Shown here: positions 19,181 through 26,812 of the stretch, one piece after another
Position numbering within the stretch: position 1 is the first letter of the stretch
Layout: each line of letters starts with the position of its first letter
Source: an uncultured archaeon
GTDB lineage: Archaea; Thermoproteota; EX4484-205; JAAOZP01
Assembly: GCA_938045545.1 (NCBI GenBank)
Contig: CALIBN010000024.1
Coordinates: 1-64,000 of the forward strand
Direction of reading: 5' to 3'
DNA length: 64,000 nt
Notes under the pieces: generated by a model
Told to the model about the DNA's origin: nothing
Seen by the model: the letters and a program-made list of their open reading frames with translations, nothing else
Database searches by the model: none
Program-made: the position numbers and the translations under genes

Positions 19181-20449
19181 ATGAGAACATCCAGAATACC
19201 GGGCTTCTACAATTTAAGCGTGGCGGAGAGGCTGAGCAGGATAGTAGAGTACGCCGGGCTGACGGAGGAGGAGGCTAAACTCCTCTCGAAAGAGGGCAAT
19301 CTAAGCCTAGAGACCGCTGACAGAATGGTTGAAAACGTGATTGGGACAATGGCTTACCCCTTCTCTGTTGCACTCAACTTCCTCATAGATGGTAAAGAGT
19401 ATATCGTCCCCATGGTTATAGAGGAAACCTCCGTCGTAGCGGCCGCCAGCAACGCTGCTAAAATGACTAGGGCGAAAGGAGGGATATTCACGGACGCCAC
19501 AGAGCCCATCATGATAGGGCAGGTGCAACTGACTGGAGTAACCAACCCCCTCACGGCTAAAATGAAGATCCTTGAACACAGGGACGAAATATTGAAGCTT
19601 GCCAACGATCAGGATCCTGTTCTCGTAAAGCTCGGCGGAGGCGCTAGAGATGTTGAAGTTAGAGTGGTGGATAGTAACGTGGGCCCAATGGTGATAACGC
19701 ATCTCCTAGTTGACGTTAGGGATGCGATGGGGGCGAACGCTGTCAACACTATGTGCGAAGCCGTAGCACCCCTGATAGAGAAAATAACCGGTGGAAAAGT
19801 ATATTTGAGGATAATATCGAACCTTGCCGATAGAAGACTCGTAAGGGCTAGAGCGACGGTTGCCAAAGAGGAGGTCGGCGGCGAGGAGGGTGTCGACGCA
19901 ATAGTGAAAGCATGGGCTTTCGCAGCAAGCGACCCCTATAGATGCTCAACACATAATAAGGGGATTATGAACGGTGTCATTGCAGTTGCTCTGGCTACTG
20001 GGCAGGACCATCGAGCTATAGAGGCGGGTGCCCACGCTTTCGCTGCAAGGACGGGCAAATACCTGCCTTTAACCGTCTGGGAAAAGGATGAGAATGGCGA
20101 TCTCGCTGGAACGCTGGAGATGCCCATGGCGGTTGGCTTAATAGGCGGGGCAACTAAAACTCACCCTATAGCGAGGATCGCGATTAAAATCCTTGGCGTT
20201 AAAACCGCGACGGAATTGGCGAGAGTGATGGGCGCCGTAGGTCTAGCTCAGAATCTTGCAGCCCTTAGAGCGTTGGCGCTCGAGGGGATTCAAGCAGGCC
20301 ATATGAGGCTTCACGCGCGTAACATAGCGATTATGGCGGGTGCCACGGGAGACCTGATTGAGAAGGTCGCTGAGCAGATGATTAAGGAAAGGAAGATAAG
20401 GTTCGATAGGGCCCAGGAGCTCGTCAAGGAATTCACGGAGAAGAAGTGA
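19181..20449 (+). CDS. mvaA: HMG-CoA reductase, class II (MvaA type)
   Basis: SRIPGFY, ENVIG, EETSVVAAAS, DAMGAN, THNKGIMNG, GIQAGHMRLH. Confidence 0.95.
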   Translation: MRTSRIPGFYNLSVAERLSRIVEYAGLTEEEAKLLSKEGNLSLETADRMVENVIGTMAYPFSVALNFLIDGKEYIVPMVIEETSVVAAASNAAKMTRAKGGIFTDATEPIMIGQVQLTGVTNPLTAKMKILEHRDEILKLANDQDPVLVKLGGGARDVEVRVVDSNVGPMVITHLLVDVRDAMGANAVNTMCEAVAPLIEKITGGKVYLRIISNLADRRLVRARATVAKEEVGGEEGVDAIVKAWAFAASDPYRCSTHNKGIMNGVIAVALATGQDHRAIEAGAHAFAARTGKYLPLTVWEKDENGDLAGTLEMPMAVGLIGGATKTHPIARIAIKILGVKTATELARVMGAVGLAQNLAALRALALEGIQAGHMRLHARNIAIMAGATGDLIEKVAEQMIKERKIRFDRAQELVKEFTEKK

Positions 20450-20560
20450 CATCCCCATGCTAGGGTTCCCGGTTCGTCGCCCTGTGGGTTCATCCTACCG
20501 GGTTATGGGCTGTGTCAACTCAGCCCCTGCCATCCACATGTAGCGGATGGCTCGCTTCAT
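20426..20560 (-). ncRNA. Predicted TnpB omegaRNA (reRNA) 3' part plus guide extending antisense into the mvaA 3' end
   Basis: TnpB guide RNAs are known to derive from the right end plus flank; stem CCC-N3-GGG kept across copies with a changed loop; 5' boundary unknown. Confidence 0.55.
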
Positions 20561-21538
20561 TATGTTCATCGCTCCGTTGTAGTCTGCGTTGCATGAGTAG
20601 TTGCAGCTCTGGCATTTGAAGAGGCTTCCTTTGCGAGTTCCTCTATTTCCGCATTTATGGCATAGCTTCGAAGTGTTCTTCTCATTTACTTTTATTACTT
20701 TGATCCCGAGCCATCTAGCCTTGTACTCTATGAGCTTGCTGAGCTTGCGATAGGGGAATCCATTTAGTTTCCTGTTGAACCTCTTGCCCCTATCGCCATC
20801 CCTGATCCCCTTTAAGTTCCCCATTGCGATCATCGCATCCGTCTCCAAGGCCTCGTCCACTATCCTCCTGCTTATCTTATGCAGAATATCGTTCACCATC
20901 CTTCTTTCCCTATCTCCAATTTTCTTGATCGCGCCGTATGCCCTCTTCATGGCGAGGCTTCTTCTTAGGTAAAAGAAGCGTCCCCTGACCCTCCTCAGCT
21001 CCCTGCCGTAAAACTTTGGGACCGGGTTGCTGGAATTGACTGTCGTAGCGACCCACCTTATCCCCATATCTATGGCCAAGACATTCTTCGGGATCCTCTT
21101 CTCAACTTTCTTCTCAACGCAAATGTGGATGAACCACTCGTTGCCCCTGCGAATCACCTTGGCCTCCTTAAGCCCCATATCGCCCGTTATGGGCTCATGA
21201 GTCCTAATCGGAACCCTTATCCCTCCCCAAACGCCGTAGACGGGTATCTTAAGCAAGTAGGGGCTTTGCTCGATTTCAATTCGGTAGGTGTCGTTCCTCA
21301 GCATTAGCGGATACTCCCCCTCCTTCAGCTTCCCGTTCAGCCTCCTCAGAAACCTCTCCGCGGCTTGCTTCGTGGCAGAGTATACCATAGCGGATTTCTC
21401 TCCCCTCAGGTAGCGCTGGAAGCTCTCGTACTCGCGCCTAAGGAGTTCCTCTTCCTCCCTCTTAAGCTCAAGTATCTTCGCCTTTATAGTCTTCCTAGCT
21501 GTAACATAGTTACTTTTCTCTGATTCTGAAAAAGACAT
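20495..21538 (-). CDS. tnpB: TnpB RNA-guided endonuclease (347 aa, rearranged RuvC-II type)
   Basis: LAIDMG (RuvC-I), AMGNLKGIR, NEKNTSKLCHKC and CQSC zinc finger, NADYNGAMNI (RuvC-III). Confidence 0.95.
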   Translation of the reverse strand: MSFSESEKSNYVTARKTIKAKILELKREEEELLRREYESFQRYLRGEKSAMVYSATKQAAERFLRRLNGKLKEGEYPLMLRNDTYRIEIEQSPYLLKIPVYGVWGGIRVPIRTHEPITGDMGLKEAKVIRRGNEWFIHICVEKKVEKRIPKNVLAIDMGIRWVATTVNSSNPVPKFYGRELRRVRGRFFYLRRSLAMKRAYGAIKKIGDRERRMVNDILHKISRRIVDEALETDAMIAMGNLKGIRDGDRGKRFNRKLNGFPYRKLSKLIEYKARWLGIKVIKVNEKNTSKLCHKCGNRGTRKGSLFKCQSCNYSCNADYNGAMNIMKRAIRYMWMAGAELTQPITR

Positions 21539-21712
21539 TTAGCACCACCTCCTGGGAGCCGGAGCGATAGCCCTGGCTAACGCTGATACTTAGCGAAAGC
21601 CACGCTGGGCCTATACCCGATTAAAAGCGGGTTCCAGCCACTACAAAGCAGGCTAAGAGGTTCTTTCTAAAACTCCCTGTTTCATGCTCCTCCGCAGCTC
21701 CCAATTATGTTA

Positions 21713-21862
21713 AACAGATGGGAGGTATATAGATATTCTGATGGCATATGGATGTCACTCGGATGGAACACGGATGACACACGGCCGCCTTTTTAAATAT
21801 GCGGAGGGGGCGTTGCAACGGAGTAAAGCATTTCTACCTCTCCGAATGTTAAAAGTAGGCAA
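21713..21862. promoter_or_regulatory. Bidirectional promoter block for tnpB (-) and the membrane wHTH gene (+)
   Basis: TATA-like ctatatac (- strand, 21725-21732) and ttttaaat (+, about 21791-21798) flank the array; palindrome cgttgcaacg at 21811-21820. Confidence 0.65.
21740..21783 (+). repeat. 4 x 11-bp tandem repeat array B
   Basis: gatggcatatg, gatgtcactcg, gatggaacacg, gatgacacacg. Confidence 0.9.
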
Positions 21863-22663
21863 ATGGGGATGCTGGGACACGTAGTGAGGCTGTTTTCCGC
21901 TGTAATCATTGGACTGCTGTTTTCATACCTCGTTTATCGGGCCTTGACCACTCTAGATAGTTTCCTAGCATCGATCCTCTCTCTCGGCCTCATGATGAGC
22001 ATGCCCCTCACGCTAATCCTGGTTTTCTACAACAGGCTTCGCTGGGGAGCATTTTTCTTCGTGGCCGTCTGGCTCCTCTACGCCTCAGCGGTATGGCTCT
22101 ACATGCTGGCCGGCTTTTTCACAACAGTCTTTCATGGACAGGCTTGGATACCCGTTTTCATATTAAGCATCGGCGGAATAGCCTTTCTCTTAGTTGTTCT
22201 CAGGAGGAGAGGGATAGGCCTCCCGCAGGTATTTCAAGGGAAAGGGGAGAGCTTGAAAGGTGTTAAAGAGATTCAGGAGGTTGCTGAGGAGCCCGTAGAA
22301 GGGGTCGTTGAGCCCGAGCCCCAAGAGGAGCCGGATTTCTCCCGAACCATGGAACTCCTGGATGAGGCCCACTGCAGGATCCTTGAAACCCTATTGGAGT
22401 CGGGCAGCCCGTATTCGAAGAAGGAGTTAGCCAAGGCTATTGGGGCAACATACAGAAGGGTTCTTAGGGCGGTCGAGGAGCTTGAGAAGCTTGGGCTCGT
22501 CGAGGTTAAGGAAGCACCGAGGAGTGCGAGGGGCTCCTCCGTAGTTCATGCCGTCAAGCTATCCCCAGCTGTATCTAGGAGGAGCGAGCTGGCCAAGGAG
22601 ATGGTTAAGAGGAGGATGGAGGAGCTCGGGGCGGTTAAGGGCAGGGCTAAAACAAGCGCATAA
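21863..22663 (+). CDS. Membrane-anchored winged-helix protein (about 4 N-terminal TM helices, acidic linker, C-terminal wHTH)
   Basis: Four hydrophobic segments in residues 1-115; E/P-rich linker; ILETL..SKKELAKAIGATYRRVLRAVEELEKLGLVE wHTH pattern. Confidence 0.8.
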   Translation: MGMLGHVVRLFSAVIIGLLFSYLVYRALTTLDSFLASILSLGLMMSMPLTLILVFYNRLRWGAFFFVAVWLLYASAVWLYMLAGFFTTVFHGQAWIPVFILSIGGIAFLLVVLRRRGIGLPQVFQGKGESLKGVKEIQEVAEEPVEGVVEPEPQEEPDFSRTMELLDEAHCRILETLLESGSPYSKKELAKAIGATYRRVLRAVEELEKLGLVEVKEAPRSARGSSVVHAVKLSPAVSRRSELAKEMVKRRMEELGAVKGRAKTSA

Positions 22664-22677
22664 AACCCATCGTTTGC

Positions 22678-22732
22678 CGTGTGTTATCCGTATGACATCC
22701 GTGTTCCATCTGAGTGCCATCCGTGTTACATC
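22678..22732 (-). repeat. 5 x 11-bp tandem repeat array C, inverted relative to A and B
   Basis: Minus-strand units gatgtaacacg, gatggcactca, gatggaacacg, gatgtcatacg, gataacacacg. Confidence 0.9.
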
Positions 22733-22771
22733 GGGATGCTTATGAATGGGGATATCGATGATTGAACGGAA

Positions 22772-24967
22772 TTGATCGAGGAGTTCAGAAGGGTAGTCTA
22801 CGAGAGGGTTGAGGTGAGCAGCTTTAGGAAGCGCGTTGAGCAAGCCCAGCCTAAGCGAGTTAAGGCCTTCAAAATCCTCGGAAGTACGGTTGTCCTAGGT
22901 AAAGACGTTTTCAGCGTTTCGGGGAGGCTTGTTTCAGAGATAAGGCTCAGGTCGGCTGATTACGAGGAGAATAAATCCGAGGTTAAGATGCTTCAAGGCC
23001 TTTCGGCAACGGGCTTCGAGGGAATGTTCACGATATCCTATGAGCCCTTCAACTATGAGGTGAGGTTCTCAATAACCTCGAAATCCCCAAGGGAGCTTAG
23101 ACTCATGGCTTCAAGGCTTAAGGCCTCAATACTGGCAAGCAGTCCCGGAGCTGAGCTCGAATCGCTTAGAGCTTCCATCGATAACGTGCTATGGCCCCTA
23201 GGAGGCTTCCCGGTCTCCAGGCGGGAAAACAGGTTGATCCTGCTTAGGGGTAAGGAAGTCTCAGCAGCATCATTCCTGTTAATTAAGCTGAAAGAGGAGA
23301 TGATTAGCCTTCTCGAGGATGGCCTTGAGAACGCCTTAAGGTCCTCTGCGGAATCAGGATGTTCGTTCAGGTTCTGCGTCCCGGTCAAATCATGCAGAGG
23401 ATTCGCCCACCTTCTAAACACATGGGTAAAGAAGAAGGATATTCTATCCAGATATTCCAAGGCCTACAGGGAGCTTAGGGAGAATGGGCTTTTTAACAGC
23501 AGGGGCGAGCTCATAGGCGTTGACCTAAGTAAGTCAACTAAGCTTGAGCTTCTCCGCTCTCAGTACGAGAGGCTTAACGGACAAACGGGATGTTGGACAT
23601 GCTCTCCGATAATAGTAGTGATAGGAACTCCCGAGAGGGACCCTAGGCAGGCTTGTGAAAAACAGAGGGAGTACGTTGAAGCTGTCAAGGCATCTTTCTC
23701 ATCATCCTACAGGGTTAAGATCGAGGAGGCTGGGTGGCTGAACCTAGGGGAGGTAGCGAGAAGCATACTCGTCAGGGGGATAACGAGCTTGAACAAACTT
23801 CATGTAACCGGCGATGAGTTATCTTGTTTCATAAGCTTTCCCAAGCCAATAACGCCAAGCATATCCTACATGCCGAAGAAGATCGTTGAATTCGGAGCCT
23901 TCGACCCGGCTGAGCTCAGGAGGAATGGTATACTCCTAGGATACTATGAATCCATGAGAAAGAGGTTTGGGGTCAGAATAGGGATAGAAGACCTTCCCCT
24001 ACATTTAGCTATATTCGGCGTCCCGGGCTCAGGGAAGAGCACTCTAACAAAGGCACTTCTGAGGAGATACAGGGAGCTAGGAGGTTTTGCGATGGTCTTC
24101 GACAGGCATGGAGAGTACGTTGACGAATTCGATAATGCCCTAGTCCTCAATACGGATAATGCCAGGATAAACCTCCTAGACCACCACGGTGACCCGGAGG
24201 GCCATGCTAAGATCCTGGGCGAGGTCTTCGCGATGGCTTGGCCGGATGAGTTCGGGCCGTTGGTTTCACACGTTTTCAGGAAGATGTACCTGAAGTACAT
24301 TAAAGGAGTCAGCCACCCCGATTTCCTGGAATTCGTAGAATTCCTCGAGAAGGACGCCAACTCGGAGGACCTGACGTTCCTTCGCTCCGGAAAGGCTAGG
24401 GATAAGCTGTTCTCGCTAGTGGGGAGGCTTAGCGAGCTAGCCCAGGGGAGCATTGGAAAGGTGTTCGACACGGTTGGGGGGCAAGGGGGCGTGATGGAGA
24501 GGCTGCTCTCGGGCATGGTCGTCTTCGATTTAAGCGGCATGGATACGGATAGGGATGCGAACATACTTACATGGTTGATGCTGAAGCGAATCTACGATTA
24601 TAGAAGGAAGAAGCCCAACAGGGGTTTGCCGCACGTTATAGTCTGCGAGGAGGCTCATAACATCGCTCCAGCTAGGTTTGAGGGCCAGGAGACCATAGTT
24701 GAGAAGATGCTTAAGGAGATGAGGAAGTTCGGCGAGTCTGTTTGGCTTATAGATCAGAGACCATTAACGGTGTCGAGGGATGTCTTGGGATTATGTGGGA
24801 CCATAGTCTGCCTGAGGCTACAATACTCGAGCGACGTTGAGAAGACCGGGGACACGATGCACCTGAACGAAGAGCAGAGGCTGAGGCTGCAGGAACTCGA
24901 GTTGGGGGAGGCGATAGCATTGCTGCCGAGAATGAAGACTGCGATACCAATCACCGTCCAGCTGTAG
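22772..24967 (+). CDS. HerA/VirB4/FtsK-superfamily ATPase (DUF87-like) with an uncharacterised N-terminal region of about 390 aa
   Basis: HLAIFGVPGSGKS, FDRHGEY, VCEEAH, EMRKFG, IDQRP, GEAI. Confidence 0.85.
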   Translation: MIEEFRRVVYERVEVSSFRKRVEQAQPKRVKAFKILGSTVVLGKDVFSVSGRLVSEIRLRSADYEENKSEVKMLQGLSATGFEGMFTISYEPFNYEVRFSITSKSPRELRLMASRLKASILASSPGAELESLRASIDNVLWPLGGFPVSRRENRLILLRGKEVSAASFLLIKLKEEMISLLEDGLENALRSSAESGCSFRFCVPVKSCRGFAHLLNTWVKKKDILSRYSKAYRELRENGLFNSRGELIGVDLSKSTKLELLRSQYERLNGQTGCWTCSPIIVVIGTPERDPRQACEKQREYVEAVKASFSSSYRVKIEEAGWLNLGEVARSILVRGITSLNKLHVTGDELSCFISFPKPITPSISYMPKKIVEFGAFDPAELRRNGILLGYYESMRKRFGVRIGIEDLPLHLAIFGVPGSGKSTLTKALLRRYRELGGFAMVFDRHGEYVDEFDNALVLNTDNARINLLDHHGDPEGHAKILGEVFAMAWPDEFGPLVSHVFRKMYLKYIKGVSHPDFLEFVEFLEKDANSEDLTFLRSGKARDKLFSLVGRLSELAQGSIGKVFDTVGGQGGVMERLLSGMVVFDLSGMDTDRDANILTWLMLKRIYDYRRKKPNRGLPHVIVCEEAHNIAPARFEGQETIVEKMLKEMRKFGESVWLIDQRPLTVSRDVLGLCGTIVCLRLQYSSDVEKTGDTMHLNEEQRLRLQELELGEAIALLPRMKTAIPITVQL

Positions 24968-25280
24968 CGTGCTCAACCATGCTCGGGCTAAAGCCCCGAG
25001 AGCGGCTGGATTGGGCTCCATGAGTTAATCGTAGAATGTTTATGAGTTCAGCCGATGGTACATACGCATCGTTAGCGGGGAATAATTTAAGACCATTATT
25101 TTCCTAACTTCCGCTTTTGGCATATGCTAAAACGTTAAAGCCTAGTTTTCAAAGCCTAGTTTAAAAGTCTTCAGTAACATCCTTCAGCAGCGTTAAGCAA
25201 GTGTTCGAATTTCTGTACACGCTGTTCGCAACAATACTGTTAAAAACAGGTGGGGGCAAATAGCAGGATGGGGTTCGAAA

Positions 25281-26117
25281 ATGGAGGAAATGTTAAGCAG
25301 GAAATGGTTGCTCGTGCTCAGCGTGGTTTTCGTCGCAACCATCGGCGTAAACCTGGCTCTACTAGTCGGAATATATCCGGTGCTCATCAGCCAGCGGGCA
25401 GGCTCTGAGAACCGCTTCAACACGGTTGAAGAAGGCTTTAAAACCTGGGGCACCGCCGGCCTGCTGGACACCGGCCAGGCTGAGCAGCGGGCGAAGACGA
25501 TAAGCGTAACCGGCACCGGCGTGGTTAAGGCTAAGCCTGACAGGGCGGTTTTAAGCCTCAGCGTGGTTACGCAGGCGGAAAGCGCGGGGGAAGCGATCTC
25601 TGAGAACGCGGGTAAAATGGACAGCGTCGTAAAAGCCGTCAGGAGCATGGGGATTCTGGAGAACCAGACGGAAACATCCGCGTACAGTCTGACCCCTATT
25701 TGGGATTATCCTAAGGAAGGCGTCTCGCCCAGAATAGTTGGCTACACGTGTTCCAACACTATTAGGGTCACGGTTAAGGATTTGAACAAGGTGGGGGAGG
25801 TGATTGACGCAGCGGTTAAGGCTGGTGCAAACCAGGTTTCCTCGCTTCAATTCACGATTTCCGACGAGGCAATGCGTCAACTCGGGTTGAATGCTTTGAG
25901 CCTTGCTGTGAAAGACGCCTCCTCTAAAGCCAGCACGATAGCTGCCGCAGCCGGAGTAACGCTGGTCGGCCCGGTTTCAATAAGCCTCTCCGGATACTCT
26001 CCGTATTTTAGAAGCTACGCTTTTGAATCCGTGATGGGAAGCGTTGCGACGCCGATAATTTCACCGGAGGAGGTCAGCGTAACCGTGAGCGTTTCAGCGG
26101 TTTACGAGTTTAATTGA
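25281..26117 (+). CDS. SIMPL (DUF541) domain protein
   Basis: N-terminal TM; ISVTGTGVVKAKPDRA, IDAAVKAGANQV, DASSKA. Confidence 0.9.
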   Translation: MEEMLSRKWLLVLSVVFVATIGVNLALLVGIYPVLISQRAGSENRFNTVEEGFKTWGTAGLLDTGQAEQRAKTISVTGTGVVKAKPDRAVLSLSVVTQAESAGEAISENAGKMDSVVKAVRSMGILENQTETSAYSLTPIWDYPKEGVSPRIVGYTCSNTIRVTVKDLNKVGEVIDAAVKAGANQVSSLQFTISDEAMRQLGLNALSLAVKDASSKASTIAAAAGVTLVGPVSISLSGYSPYFRSYAFESVMGSVATPIISPEEVSVTVSVSAVYEFN

Positions 26118-26652
26118 CATTCCCCCGGTTGAAGCCGGTGGGATTCCCGGTTCGTCGCCCTCAGGGCTCATCCCCTCGAGTTATAGCGCGCGCCCTATGG
26201 CCATTAGGAGGCTTACCACTCTCGAAGCATAAGAATGCTTTAAGCCTGTTTAGGGGACGGAAGATCTCGGCAGCCTCATCCCTATTCATGAGGTTAGAAG
26301 ATGCTCTCGAACTTCCTGAGGATGCTCTTGAGAATGCTTTAAGGTCCTCCGAAGAATCCGGTTGCTCGCTCAGGTTCTGCATCCCAGTTAAGTCTTGCAA
26401 GGGAATTTTCCATGCTTTAAGCCTGTGGGCCAGAAGGAAAATTATCTCTTCGCAGTACTCTAGGGCTTACAGGATGTTGAGGGGAAAGGGACTCTACAAC
26501 AGCAGAGGGGAGCTCATAGGCTACGACCTTGGGAAATCCGCCGAACTCGAAAGGCTTCCGGGATACGAGAAGCTCGACGGTAAAGCTGGATGCGGAAATG
26601 CTCCCCTACAATCGTCGTGATAGGCCCTTCAGCAAAAAGCCCTGAACGAGCA
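26114..26652 (-). mobile_element. Internally deleted copy 3: right end fused to an internal fragment of the ATPase gene
   Basis: 26114-26185 homologous to tnpB right ends with a fuller hairpin; about 26190-26652 (+) homologous to the ATPase N-terminal region (LWPLGGLP, CIPVKSCKG, YNSRGELIG). Confidence 0.8.
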
Positions 26653-26812
26653 CTTGCTTAAAGCATGGTATGAGGTTTTACTAAGTGTTTTACAGCACTG
26701 ACTATAGACAATGAAAGCTTTAGTGCGCGATTCTTCGACCATTCTACGTGGGAAAATCTAGGATGATTGGTAAAAGTTTAAGACCTTTTTAAACAATTAG
26801 TCAGCGTGCTGC

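Larger units (their letters stand above)
20446..25020 (-). mobile_element. Intact composite unit (copy 2): right end, tnpB, array, membrane wHTH gene, array, HerA/VirB4-like ATPase; left boundary uncertain
   Basis: Right end defined by three homologous copies; right end/tnpB linked to ATPase sequence at three loci; left end only a candidate hairpin. Confidence 0.65.

Noticed and set aside
20495-21538. Nuclease-dead TldR-like repressor
   Set aside because: Both catalytic Asp residues are intact and a substitute Glu is present; not fully excluded without an assay
21740-22732. 11-bp arrays as a mini-CRISPR array for a Cas12f-like TnpB
   Set aside because: Units are contiguous, only 11 bp and degenerate, with no unique spacers; no cas1/cas2 nearby; tnpB has a typical IS right end
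25137-25162. Direct repeat aaagcctagttt x2 as a target-site duplication
   Set aside because: The copies are adjacent rather than flanking an element, and IS200/IS605 elements do not make TSDs
26114-26620. 168-aa ORF as a real gene
   Set aside because: Chimeric reading frame: the N-terminus is the antisense of an IS right end and the rest is an internal ATPase fragment that drifts out of frame
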